Assembly: GCF_030684315.1 (NCBI RefSeq)
Contig: NC_081355.1
Span: 130,195,178-130,259,177, forward strand
From: Stegostoma tigrinum
Lineage: Eukaryota
Reading direction: 5' to 3'
Length of the DNA: 64,000 nucleotides
Position numbers and translations under genes: made by a program. Shown here piece by piece: positions 24,975 through 38,522 of this stretch (its first letter is position 1; every line of letters starts with the position of its first letter). Under the pieces are notes generated by a model, which was not told the DNA's origin, made no database searches, and worked only from the letters and a program-made list of their open reading frames with translations.

Positions 24975-27955
24975 GGTTAGTGCCAAAATTGGGAGAGCTG
25001 TCTCATGGCTAGACCAGCAACAGGCTGACACAGTCGCACTCTCAAAATCATACCTAACAGACAATATCTCAGACTCCACCATCATCCCTGGTTGTGTCCT
25101 GCTCCCAACTGACCCAGCGATATAGTCAGGAGTGTGTTGCCCTGGAAGTCCTCAACAATGACTCCAGTCCCCATGAAGTTTCATGGCTTCAGGTTAAACA
25201 TGGGCAAGGAAACCTCCTACTGATTACCACATACCAGCTGATGAATAAGTACTCCACAATGTTGAAAACCACTTAGAGGAAGCACTGAGGATGGCAAGAG
25301 CACAAAATGTACTCTAGGTGGGGGGATTTCAATGTCCACCACCAAGAGTGGTTCATTAGCAGCATTGCTGATCAGGATGGTTGGGACCTAAATGACACAG
25401 CTGATAGACTAGGTGTGCAACAGGTTGCGAGGGAACCAACAAGAGGGGGGAAAAAATATATACCTGACCTCATCCTTGCCAAACTACCAGCTGCATCTGT
25501 CCATGACAGTATCGGCAAGAGCGACCAGTCCTTGTGGAGACAAAGTCCCACCTTCACACACACACACATTTTGTGTGACACTATCACTGTGCTAAATGGA
25601 ACAGATTTCAATCAATCAAGATTGGGCATCCATGAAGCATGTGGGCCATCAACAGAATTGTTCTCTAGCACATTCTGCAAGCTCATACCCCAGCAGAGGC
25701 TCCACTCTATCAGTACCAGCAAGTCAGGGGATCAACCCTGGTTCAATGGAGAGTGCAGGAGGGTATGCCAGGAGCAGCACCAAGCATACCTGAAGATAAG
25801 GAATAAACCCAGTAAAGCTATCAAAACAGGCCTACAACATATGCAGCAAGTGATAGGCACAGCTAAGTGATCCCACAACCAACGGATCAGATCTCAGCTC
25901 TGCAGTCCTGCCATATTCAGTCACGAATGGTGGCAGATAATTAAACAACTTACTGGAGGAGGAGGAGGAGGCTCCTCAAATATCCCCATCCTCAATGATG
26001 CAAGAGCCAAGCACATCAATGCAAAAGATCAGGCTGAAGCATTTGCAGCAATCTTCAGCCAGAAGTGCCAAGTTGATAATCCATCTCATCCTCCTCGAGT
26101 GCTACCCAGCATCACAGATGCCGGTCTTCAGCCAAGTCAGTTCTCCCCGGTCATATTAAGAAATGGTTAAAAGCACTGGATGGTACAAAGTCTATGGGCC
26201 CCAGCAATGGTACTGAAGACCTGTGCTCCAGAACTCACCATTACCCTAGCCAAACTCTTCCAGTGCAATTACAGTACTGGCATCTACTTGACGATGTGGG
26301 AAACCGCCCAGGTATGCCCACACTCGAGCAAGACAAATCCAAACTGGCCAATTATTGCTCTCAATCATCAGTAAAGTGATGGAAGGTGTCATCATCAGTA
26401 CTATCCAGCAGCACCTGCTCAGCAATAACCTGCTCAGTGACGCCTAGTTTGGGTTCCACCAGGGCCACACAGCTCCTGGCCTCATTACAGCCTTGAATCA
26501 AACACGGACAACAGAGCTCATTTCCAGAGGTAAACTGAGAGTGACAGCCGTTGACATTAAGGCCACATTTGACTAAGTGAGGCATCAACGAGCCCAAGCA
26601 AAACTGGAACCAACAGCTATCAGGAACATGGTTGTGGTTGTTGGAGGTCTGTCATTTCAGCTCCAGGACAGCTAGTGTATTGGCCTAAGCATCTTCAGCT
26701 GCTTCAATGACCTTACCTCCATCAGATGACAAGAAATGGGGATGATCACCAATGGTTGCACAATGTTTAGAACCATTCATGATTCCTCAGGCACTGAAGT
26801 AGTCCAGGTTCAAATGCAACAACATCTGCACAATATCCAGGCTTGGGCCGACAAGTGGCAAACAACATGTTTTAAAAATTCATTCACAGGATGAGGGCAT
26901 CGCTGACCAGGCAGCATTTATTGCCCCTCCCTAAAATTGCCCAGATGACAGTTAAGAGTCAACCATATTGCTGTGCGTCTGGAGTCACATGTAGGCCAGA
27001 CCAGGTAAGGATGGCAGTTTCCTTCCCTGAAGGACATTAGTGAACCAGAAGAGTTTTTCTCACAATTAACCATGGATTCACTATCATTAGACTATGAATT
27101 CCAGATATTTATTGAATTCAAATTCCACCATCTGCCATGGCGGGACTCAAACCCAGGTCTCCAGTGAGTTATCCGGGTCTCTGGATTAACAGTACAACGC
27201 TGATACCACTAGGCCATTGCCTCCCTGGTTAACACCACATAAATGCCAGGCTATAAACATCACCAATAACAGACAAATCTAACCACTGCCTTTGACACCC
27301 TTTAACGTCACCGAATCCCCTATTATGAGCAAACTTAACACTGACAAGAAACTCAGCTGGACTCATCAAATAAATAGTGGCTACACAGAAGGTCAGAGGC
27401 AAGGATTGGTTAACGTTCTAACACCCAAAGCCTGCCCAGAATCTACAAGCAGAAGTCAGGAATGTGATGGAATACTCCCAACTTGCCTGGATGGGTGCAG
27501 CTCGAACCATACTCAAGCTTAACACTATTCAGGACAAAACAGCCTGCTTGACTGACACCGCATCCATAAACATCCATTGCCTCCACCAACAGGACTCAGC
27601 AGCAACGGTGTGCACTGTCAACAAGACGTACTGCAGAAATTCACCAAAGATCCATAGACTGCACCTTCCAAACTCACAACCACCACCACATAGAAAAAGG
27701 AGGGCAGCAGACATAATCACAACCTGCAGTTTCCCTTTCAACCCAGCCATCCAGAGTTGGAAACACAATAGTCTTTTCCTTAACTGTCGCTGGGTAAAAA
27801 TCCTGTAATTCCCTTCCTAAAGGCTTTGTAGATAAAACCACAAAACGAGGACTGCAGCGGTTCAAAAAGCAGCACACCACCACCTTTTCAAGGGCAACTT
27901 GGGATGAGCAATAAGTGCTGGCCAGCCAGCGAACCCCACATCCCGTGAAATACTG
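24975..27955 (+). mobile_element. APE-RT non-LTR retrotransposon (Jockey/CR1 group, distinct from HER1-type CR1), near full-length ORF2, decayed
   Basis: Endonuclease motif WGDFNVHHQEW, PWFNGECR, LKTCAPEL..LAKLFQ, KVMEGVI, MEYSQLAWMGAA. 3' tail gggcaacttgggatgagcaataagtgctggcc...cccacatccc. Confidence 0.85.
26875..27225 (-). mobile_element. tRNA-derived SINE inserted antisense inside its presumed partner LINE
   Basis: Minus-strand head GGGAGGCAATGGCCTAGTGGTA (A box)...GGGTTTGAGTCCC (B box). The tail matches the LINE 3' end at 27890-27950. Confidence 0.85.
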
Positions 27956-28663
27956 AAAACAAAAATCATAGATGAGAAAGTGGTTGGGGACAAAGAGAGG
28001 GCCAAGAGTGTGTTTACTTAGTAGATCAGCTATTTTTCGAGGTAAGACTTTGGATGGACAAAGATCAAGAAGCAACAGGGTGTTGCCCAGCAACTTGACC
28101 AAGATTCTTTCCCTGAACGATCATAAAAATACAGAACAATTGGTTGTCTCTCTCATTACCTGTACAACATTTCTGTGGTCAATCTCAAACTTCAAATTAT
28201 CCTACCTCTATAAATAGTGCCTGACTACTGAGCCTGTTCAACTTTTTTTTAAATTGCTATTTTTGCCTCACGAACAGTAACCACCTTGAAAGCAACAAAT
28301 TGATCGTGAAATATTTTTGAACAGCCTGAGGCTGACATATGTCAACTTTTAAGGCTATTTAAATACTATGCTTCCTTATTGTGATACAAAATTCTTTATC
28401 ACAAGTGGCTACTGAAGCTGAGTCAATGACATTTGCAAACAAACTCGGTGAATGTAAGCAGGATAAAACAAAAACAGTGAACACAGCAAAAATCCAGTTA
28501 ACAAGAACAAGTACGGTGGTCAATGGCTTCATTTAGCCATGAATACTTTAATGGCTGACTACATGAAGACAATATAATTCTCAGATCAAAAGGGCTATTG
28601 AATTGGGAGTAAGTGACATCCTTCATCTGCTTTGTATAGAAACATGCTCCTGAATACTATCTT

Positions 28664-28795
28664 GTTCTGACGAAAGGTCACCTGACCTGAAATATTAATT
28701 CTGATTTCTCTCCACAGATGATGCCAATCCTGAGCTTTTCCAATGTCTGCCTGTTTTTGCCTGACTTCCAGCATTCACAGTTCTTCGGCTTTTTT
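28664..28795 (+). mobile_element. Family B mini-element with hammerhead-like core
   Basis: GTT-CTGACGA-A-AGGTCA-CC-TGACCT-GAAATATT-AAT at 28664-28699, then the family tail to cacagttcttcggctttttt. Confidence 0.7.
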
Positions 28796-29684
28796 AAACA
28801 CTTGTTTACATTGTACAAGTGAGCCAGAAAACCACTTCAACAAATTTTGCATAATTTGCAAGACATTTGAAATAGTGACAAAGGTCAAATAATTTCAAAT
28901 TTTTGAATGAAAGAAAAATCGGTCTTGCTCGACTCACCAATGCAAATTTGCAGAGTTTGCAGAAGTAAACACAGTAACTGCGTTCATTTTACTAAGAACA
29001 ATTTGTTACAGGATTTCACAAGAAGAAATGGTGGGTAAATGTCATGATCCTGATTTAACGTTTACAATATCTGCAATATTGCAAACTTTGTAGCAACTAC
29101 CTAATTTGGAGATGAGAGGAAAACTAATTACCTTCAAACAACGCAAGTCTCATGACAAGTTTCATTATCATTCTCCAAACAATCTTAATTCCCTGTTAAT
29201 CACAACAATACTATCAATTAAGTGGCTTAAAGTTCTTCTTTCTATGTTACATTGCTTGTTAGTAATTGATATTTTAATTGATTTTTGGCCTGGTCCCCAC
29301 TTCTGGCATCGTTACAGAACACAGCAGTAGAAAACAGACTCTTTTCATTAGAAATGACGTGTCCCAACTTTTCCACTATTACAAACTTCCAAACATCCTC
29401 TAATGCCTGTATATAAAGTTCTGGGCCATAGCCCAAAACACAGCTCAATACCATGAACATGTTTCCAGAATAAAGCTTTTCCTTCTTGCAGTATTTTGAT
29501 GTGGTAAATTCTGCCTTCTCTGCAAATCTAAAACTGTACACACAGTCACACTACACATTGTCACAATGTAACACTTATTCAAAAATTGAAGACATAAAAA
29601 ACAAAACAAGCAACTGTCAATTCAAGCTAAATGACCTGTCATTTGAAAAATTATAAAGGTATGATGACAGAACATTTATAAATA

Positions 29685-32300
29685 CATAATATAATCAGTC
29701 AGTATGGCTTTATGAAGATCACATCTGAGAAATCTGTAACAGTTCTTTGAGAAGGTAACACGTAGCGTGGATAAAGGGGAGCCAATAGATGTAATATATT
29801 AGGATTTCTAAAAGGATCTTCACAAAGATACTACTCATTAAAGTCTACTTGGGATAAGAGACCATGGTATTTTCAGTACAGATAGAGATTGAAAAACTAA
29901 TGGAAGGCAGGGCGGAATAAAAGGGGTGTTTTCTGGGTGGTTGCCTATGACCAGTGGAGAGGGACAGGAATCAGCATCAGGCCCACAATTATTTACTAAA
30001 TATACTAATGACTTCAAAGACAGAAGTGAATGTACTATTCCCAGGTTTGCAAACGATACAAAAATAAGCAATAGAAACAGGAGCAGGTCCTTTCCGTCAG
30101 ATCATGGCTGATCTGACATTCCTCACGCCCATTTTCCTACCCGATCCTCATAACCCTTAATTTCCCTGTTGATCAAACATCTACCTCAGCCTTAAACGTA
30201 GAAGGAATCTACCCTACTGTTCTGAGGCAACAAATTTCCAACACACTCAACCAAGAGTAGAAATTCCCCCTTATCTCAGTTTTAAATATGCTCCCTTTTA
30301 TTCTGTGAGACTATGCCCTCCAGGCCGAGACACTCCTATGAGGGGGAACATCCTCTCTGTATTTACCTTGTCAAGCCCCTTCAGAATCATATTTGTTTCA
30401 GTGAGATCCATTCTCGTTGTTCTTAATTTCAATGAGTAGGGTCCCAACCGTTTACTGCCTTTGTTCATTAGATAATCCCTCCAAACCAGCAAACATTCCA
30501 GTAAATCTTTTCTGAACTGCCTCCAATTAAACATCTTTCCTTAAATAAGCGGACCAAAACTGCTCATAGTACTCCAGATGTGGACTTCTCTACTGCTATG
30601 CTCCAAGCCGCTAAAAAGTCCAATGTGGTGCCGTTTTCTGAATATTTTCTCCAATTTAAATAAGATTTTGTTCTTTGGTTCTCTCTTTCAAAATGAACAA
30701 CTTCACACTTCCCGCATTATACTCCATTTGCCAACTTTTTACTCAGTTACTAAATATATCAATATCTGTAAAACATACTTCCATCCCTCCTGCAACATGC
30801 CTTTCCATCTATTTTTGTGCCGTCTGTAAATCTGGCTACAATACATACTCTTCACTCCTCCAAATCATAAACAGATACTGTAAACATTTATGGTCTCAAC
30901 ATTGATCCCTGTGGAACTCCAGTGGTCACACATTGCCAACCTGAAAAAGAATCCCTTGTTCCCACTCACTTTTAGCAAACCCCCTAGCTATGCCAATGCA
31001 GTACCTCCAACACTGTGGGTTCTTATGACTTAACCTTTTGTGAGGCACCTTAGAGAATGCCTTCTGGAAGTTGAAATACAACACAAGTACTGATTCCCCT
31101 CTGTCCACCCTGGTTGGGACTTTCCTCAAAACTCTAATAAATTAGTCAGACTGACTACAGCCATGATCACCCGTTCATGAAGCCATGCTGACTCTGCTCA
31201 GTTAGGATTTTCCAACAGTCTGCCTCAACTTCCTTAGTAATTGATTCAACATTTTTCTGACAAAGACGTTGTGTTAATCAGCATTCGTCCCTTTCTGATA
31301 GAGGTGTCACATTGGCAGTTTGCCAATCCTCTGATAGTCTTCCTGAATCCAAGGGTTTTTGGAAGATTATAATCAACCAAAACACCTACTATTGCTGCAT
31401 CTACTACTTTTAAAATTCCAGGATGCAAGCCATCAGGCTGAGGGGCTGAGCTGCCTTTCGCCCCATTAGTTTGTCTAATACTACTACTTCAGGTGATGCT
31501 ACTCAATTCCTCCTCTGAATTCTTCAGATTAATATGATAATTGAAGTATTTTCTACCATAAAGACAGAGGCAAAATATCTGCTTAAGCCCTCCACCACTT
31601 CCTTGCTCCTTGAAGGCAAACAGCAAGGATAGGAGTCGAAAGTGGGATAACAACAGGTTAAAGCAAAGGGCGAGGTTATGCACTTTGGCAGGTAAAAATA
31701 GAATAGCTGAATAATAATTAAATGGAGAAAGACTGCAGAAAATTGCAGTGGGATCTGGAAATTCTAGTGAACGAATCACGAAAACACAAGTTCATCAGGT
31801 AATAAGAAAGACAAATAGAATATCAGCCTTCATTTCAAAGAGAATGGAGAATGAAATAAAAAGGCTTTGCTCAACTATATAAAGCATTGATCAGACCACA
31901 ACTAGAATACTGTAAACAGTTTTGGTCCCCTCATTCAAGGCAAGATAAACTGGCAGTGGAAGTTGCCAGAAGTTTACTCAGGCTGATTTTGTGAATGGGA
32001 GGATTTGATGTGGAGTAATTGAGTACGTTGGCCTTTTACTCTTTTGAGATCTGTTTGTAACATAAAAGATTCTCAGGCGTTTAACAGGATAAATATGGAA
32101 AGATTGCTTCCCATTGTGCGAGAGTCTAAGACCAGAGACAATCATCTCAGAATAAGGAATCACCCAGTTAAGGAAGAAATCAGAATTCTTTACAGCAGAG
32201 GGCTGTCGAGGCTTGGTCATTAACTGTCTTCAGCCCGAGACAGACAGATTTTTAATCAATAAGGTAATCGAGGGTTACGGAACAAACGCAGGACAGTGCA
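29685..32300. mobile_element. Cluster of decayed CR1 LINE pieces (plus 29685-30070, minus 30075-31450, plus 31620-32300)
   Basis: RFANDTK; FQKAFSKVPHKRL; tgatcagaccacaactagaatactgtaaacagttttgg. Confidence 0.8.
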
Positions 32301-32324
32301 GTAGACTATTATCAAAACACCCAC

Positions 32325-32875
32325 TTGCCTGTATAAATACAGCAACATTCAAGGAGGTTACACCAGCCAAAGCTCCACATCCACAAGTAATCACACACTC
32401 TACCACTGATGCTCAGTACCAGCAGCATGTATCATCTTCTCCATAAGTTCACCAGGGCTCCTTAGATAGCAACTTCCAAATCCACAAACACAACAATCTA
32501 AGAGCACAAGAACTGCAGATACTTTGGAATACCACCAGCTGCAAGCTCTTCACCAAGGCACTCACAATCCAGACTTGGAAATGTCTCGCCACATCTTCCG
32601 TGTGTCTGGGTCTCCTCAAACTCCTTGGATAATGGTATTGTTGGTGTATATGCACCAAAAGAAAGCAACCCACTACCAATTGCTGATGCAAAATCTTTTC
32701 TTTTGGCAGTAATTTGAAACTGTTTGGGGTGTGCACTGACATGGCAGATTAGAATTTGAGAACCTGGTTGTTGATCTAGCACTGAAGCCAGAAGTGAGTT
32801 GTCGACCTGTCACCGGATGGGCATGAAATGTTGGCCCAGTCAGTGATTCTCACATCTCAGAAATCAACAATTAAA
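32325..32875 (+). mobile_element. 3' fragment of the APE-RT LINE family, carrying a foreign insertion of about 133 bp
   Basis: Homologous to 27470-27950 on both sides of 32681-32813. Confidence 0.75.
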
Positions 32876-34341
32876 AAGAAAGCACATCAAGGTTCACTTC
32901 CAGGACCAACATTAAAGTTTGGACTATCAAAAATTTCATCTTGTGACAATCTGCAGCTGGGTCTGTACTAACGAGCAACTTACTACATCCACTTCAAAGG
33001 CAGTTAAATGCAACCACATTAGCATGAGACTGCAGTAACATACCAGCAAGCTTTGATAAGGACAGTAGTCTTCCCTCCTGAATAAATTTTGGTGATGCCA
33101 GTTGGGTACAACAATCTGACAACTTCATGGTCATTGTTTTTTGAGGTCAACTTTTAGTTGCTACATTCTCAAAGAGAAAATGGGTTTGAAACTTTAAATA
33201 CTCATTAAACTCAAGTCTACTCAGTTACATTAGCAGAAGATAGAAAAGGAAACAAAAAAAGTGTCTTTAAAAGTGTCAGTAAATTAATGCCAATTAGTCG
33301 TTAAAAAGGTTCTTCTTGGAGAGTAGGGAGGGATCATGGTTAAGGTAATAGATGAGTATTCTGCACAGTTTCACTCAGGGCAAAAGGACACTCTCAATGC
33401 TATGAAAGGCAGGAGTCAGCAGAAAATTTTGATATGGCTAAAAATAGATAAAAGAGCGAATTCAAAGAATGTCAGTGCTCAAAATAAAAAAAGAAGTTAG
33501 AATTCAGATGATTCCAAGTAACTAAGGATGTAAGGGTGGAAACTGCAGGGGTGCTGTCCAAAAGCAGTACTCCTCGCTGGGTGAAAACAGAATCACAGAA
33601 CTGTTGCACCAGCAGCAAGAAACTGGAAATAAAAATGTTGGAAATACTCAGCAGGTCAGGCAGGAAAAACAGTGAGAAAGCAAAAGTCAACAGAAGCTTC
33701 TGGGAGCTGGAAATGTGACAAGTTAGGGATACTGAATTTTATGGAAAGATGAAATCTGGGAATTATGGTGAATATTGCTGAAGCTTGTTGTCTTACTTTC
33801 AAACAGGGTAAACATAAGAATGACATGTTTCAAACAGTCACAATAATTTATAATACAGGGTTGTAACTGGTTTGCAAACTGACTTTAATTGGCAGATGAG
33901 CGTTCAAAAAGAAAGCAGCCATTGGCCCAGAGCTCCCTAAGCTCGAGAAATGATTTGGATATATTGCTTTCATGCTCTGAACAAATCCCTGTACCTAAAC
34001 AAGACCCTGCGATTTTAAATAGGACTGTTGACGACCGACCTATACAGCCCTCTGCAGTAAAAATTCCCATGAATTCACTACGTTCCGTGAAAAAAAAAGT
34101 CAATCTCTACCTTAAAAGGGCAACCCTTTACCCTGAGATGATGAAGCTTTTTGTGCCTTGTCCAAGTGCCTTTTTTTTAAAAAAATATGAACATAAAACT
34201 GTGGTGAACAGTGACAGGTTGACAACTTGCTTCTGGCTTCAGTGCTAGATCAACAGCCAGGTTCTCAAATTGTACTGCCACATCAATGCACACCCCAAAC
34301 AGTTTCAAATTACTACAAAAAGAAAAGATTTTGTATCAGCA
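32681..34341. repeat. Inverted repeat pair 32681-32813 / 34211-34341 (about 130 bp, about 90% identity)
   Basis: tgctgatgcaaaatcttttc...ttgatctagcactgaagccagaag...acctgtcac is the reverse complement of gtgacagg...cttctggcttcagtgctagatcaa...gaaaagattttgtatcagca. Confidence 0.9.
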
Positions 34342-36444
34342 CACCTTGTGATCCACAGTTAAACATACATCAGCATCCTATTTCACTTCGAGGGCAATTA
34401 CAATGTAACATTATGAAAGGTTGTAATTTCATCCCAGGATTGTGAGCACTTGTATTTTATCCTCACTATTCATGACATTATCAAATCTTTTGTCTGAATT
34501 AATTCCTCCTCAGTTTTTTGCAAATGCCTGCAATTATCCTGCGGGTGCCAGTTTTGCACTGATATCTATGTACAGTGCACTATGAGCAAATACAAATCAA
34601 ATCAGCATCTCTAGTTTGAGCTGAGCTCATGACAGAAGCATACTTTCCTTGCATACGTGACTTACAAAGCTTCACTCCTTTAAATGTCAATGTTACACTC
34701 AAGGTAAAAACATTGCTGCTGTGAGAATTTTTATAGAAGTTAAGAAAACTTCTCGGCAATCCAGGAAAAGTCCGGGCAACATTTACAGTACAGATTCAAA
34801 CCGGGCTGGAATTAAATGACAGCAAGTGTGAATATCAAGTATGACAGGCTAGCCACCACAGGCAGCTGTACAACTCATGACTTTGGGGACCAGACAACAC
34901 CCAAACTCCAAAAGTTGCACAGCCGACAGTTTATCAGTGCACACCATTTCAAATTGAGGCCAAAGAATTTGTCTAGCTGCATCCTGTAATCCTAAACATG
35001 AATAAGTCTTTGAAGATTTTGTTTTCTACACTTGTGAGATTTGGACATCATTGGCTGGCCAGCATTTATCACCCGTCTGCTGCTTGAGGCGCACCTTTTG
35101 ACTGTGCTTGACCGAGTCAGCTCCTTTATTCACTCTAAAATCTTTTAAAGCTGAGAATTTCATACCAAATCCCAAAAGGGAAATAAAGATTCCCCAAAAC
35201 TTTTGGAAAAGCATGTTGTTTAGTAATTGAGCTGATAGTCTTGCTAAAAAATAATTTCATTGATGAGAATGCAGGAATAGAAGGAAGCAATTTCCATCCA
35301 AACACAGCATCCTCTTAAACAGCACTATTATTCGGAAAAATAGTTTTTAACGTGGATTCACATAGGCATCTTTATTGTAGTAAAATACTCCAATGCACTT
35401 CATATAAGAATTGAAGAGGTACAGAATCTTAAGAATTATCTTAGAAATAAGGATTGAGACGATTATAGATTCGCGAAAGGCAATACAAAGTAAGGATTTA
35501 AAATGTACAATATTAAAGCATATTGCATTTTTCAAAACTGAGGAAACTGGGAATAAATCAGACCACTCAGCAGAAGATTCTTCCACCAGGAAGAAATACA
35601 GAAAACTAATTCATTCAATAGGAAATCAGAGGAACTGACACAGCACAGATTTCAGTCACATCAATTTCACAGTATCAGATTTATTTCTGTTCAGTTAAGG
35701 CATATCTCTGATCATTTGATTACAGAACAATGAATTATGCAGCAAAAACCCAACTAAGTGCATCAGGAAATATTCTGAAATGTTGGCAGAGACAGAAGAT
35801 TGCACAGGACATAGACAGTAAACAACTGTGACTGTCAGAAATATGTTGAACTGCGTGAAGGCATTTTTCAAATGGTGCTTCTTTATCCTGGCTGCAGAAT
35901 GTTCGACACAATTATCTATAGATATCCATTCAGCTGCCAAACCAAGGAAATTAGCGTTGCCAAAATAAAAACACGTAGACGTGACTCACCCAGAGTAGAA
36001 ATTTTTAAAAAAACAGTAAAAGAGGTTTATGTGAGCCAGTGCATTCCTCGCACAAAACTGAAATTGTAGGTTTGGGTTCCAATCCCGGACTGTGTTGATC
36101 TCAGGCAGGGCGACTGCAGAAGCCCAATAATTGCTCTCAGAACACATGACTCAGGAGTTGTCAGGGAAGAAAAATTCAACTGGGTTCCTAATTCAGATCA
36201 ACAGTTACAGCTCAGGATGGAGCTTCAACATGAGATCTCCCCCACCCCTATAAAATCACCATAGTCAAGGGCTCCTTTGCATGAAGGATGACAACTCATT
36301 GAGGCTGAGATGAAAGTTATCAGCACATACCTTGATGACACACTTGGTGTTATGCAATCATTGACAAACTCTGGGATTATGCACCGATGGAAAGAACCTA
36401 GCAATGTTTAAATAAATTAACACACAGTGGAACATTTAATATGC

Positions 36445-37015
36445 ATACAGCCCAGACCATCATGAAAGCCAACCTTCCATCCATTGACTCCACTTACACT
36501 TGGCATTGCTGCAGAAAGACTGCCAACATCAAAGACCTGCCCCACCCTGGAAATGGTCTCTCCCAAACTCTCCAATCAGGTATAAGATAAAGAAGCTTGA
36601 ACACTCACTAAAGTTCAAGAACAACTTCTTTCTTGCTGTTATTAGACTGCTGAATGGACCTCTCTAATGTTAAAACTGATATTAATCCCGCTTTGTGCGC
36701 CTCCTGTCCAGTCATAACCCTGTATGCCTCAGTGTCTTAGCACCCTACTCTATCTAGTTTACCTGCAAATCTACAATTGTTACTCTGTCTACATCTCCAC
36801 GGGTATACAAATAGTGGGATACAGGCTCAATGCTGGCAAATGGGACTACATTAGGATATCTGGTCGGCATGAACAAGTTGGACCAAAGGGTCTGTTTCTA
36901 TGCTGTACATCTCAATGATTCAATCCTGTATGTCCTTGCTTGCTATGATCTGCCTGCACCACTCGCAAAACAAACTTTTCACTGTACTTTGGTAAATGCG
37001 ACTACAATAAATTAA
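36445..37015 (+). mobile_element. Rex/Babar LINE 3' end with a short CR1 3' tail inserted (about 36800-36925)
   Basis: gccaaccttccatccattgactcc...aagttcaagaacaacttctttc...cttttcactgtactttggtaaatgcgactacaataaa. Insert ggaccaaagggtctgtttctatgctgta. Confidence 0.7.
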
Positions 37016-38270
37016 ATGAATATTCTTCAATAGTGATTCTGTGAATGAGATTGTCAATGGAGCTAAAAATTACCATTCAGTACTGACTGACATGCGTTAA
37101 TTGTTCAGGCTAGTGGAAGAGAGAATTGGGAGGGCAAACCTACACGCAGGTTTTTCTCAACATTAAATTCACACTCTAGCACGTGCCAAATCTGCACCAC
37201 CAAAGCAGCTTAGATTAGATTAGCCCAGTATTTGTGAACAGTATTATTATCTTCATTGTAGGAGAAGAGGAGCACGCAACAACAAACACACATCTGATGA
37301 ACTACAGTCCATTTCTCTTGCAATGCATTGCATACAATCCAGGGCTGAAAATTAGTTCCAATAAACTGGTCAGAGAACAGTTGGGACACCCAATATATGT
37401 GGCACAAACCTGGAAGCCAAAAACATAATACTTTGTGGTGGATAAAAAAATTTCCTTACAATCAAAGAGTTTTACATAACTGAGAAAGAATCTGGCAATA
37501 ATTTTTAATATTTGAGGAATTCCACATTCCATAAGGAGTCCAATAGTCCTACTTTAGAGTGATACTTTGCGAGCTCCTTGAAATAAACGTCTACCTTGAT
37601 AAATATGATCTTTCACTTGCACAATTTTTTGAGCTACATTTTAAAGCTACTGGGCAATCCTCTCAGGTTCTACTTTCCACATATTTGAGTTCACCTAAAA
37701 AACCTGGTTGCCAGTCCTAAATTGCACCAGGTCCAGCTATCAGCTGTCACTCCTCTGCCTGCTGACTAACACTGACTCCCAGTTAAGCAAAGTCTCAATG
37801 CTAAAATTCTTTTCCCTGCTTTCAAATTCCTCCACAGCCTCGCGCATTCCCATCTCTAATCCTGCCAACCCTACAACGCTTGAAGGAAAAAACAGGAAAT
37901 ATTTGGTCAGGCAATATCTACGAAGACAGGGGAAAAAAAAAATCAGTTCACATTTCAGGACCTTTCATCCCAACCTCAAAGATGTGTGCACTCCTCAAAA
38001 TTCCAGCGTGTTAAATATCCAATTTTAATACCTTCAATACTGGCTCGAATTTCAAGGCTGTACACTCTGGAATTCTCTCCCAAAACTCCTTTTCCTCTTC
38101 TAAGTTGCTGGTAAACACCTACCTCTACAACAAGGTTTGTAGTCACCTAATGTCATATCCCTTTATCCAGTTGAATGACGAGTCTTGCTTGATAATGCTT
38201 CTAGAATCATTTCAAATGGATGACATTCAATCTATCAACTCCAAGCCAGCTTTCTAAGGGACCCCTCTTC

Positions 38271-38522
38271 AGGGTCCAGGCCCGAAACATCAGCCTTCCT
38301 GCTCCTCTGATGCTGCTTGGCCTGCTGTGTTCATCCAGCTCTGCACCTTGTTATCTCAGATTCTCCAGCATCTGCAGTTCCGGCTATCTCTGAAACAGCT
38401 TTAAGCCCACTGCGGAGCCTCTAAGGATGCCCACGCCGAACAAGTTACCCTCCTCCCTCCGGAAAAACCTCAGTGGATCTCTTGCCCACCACAACTCTCT
38501 CGTAATCTCTTCGGCCTTGAAA
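38271..38522 (+). mobile_element. PLE terminal repeat piece: partial hammerhead-like core, terminus, and read-through into the putative ORF start
   Basis: agggtccaggcccgaaacatcagc...cagttccggctatctctga, then gatgcccacgccgaacaagttaccctcctccctccgg...tcggccttgaaa (MPTPNKLPSSLRKNL...), homologous to 43510-43602. Confidence 0.8.
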
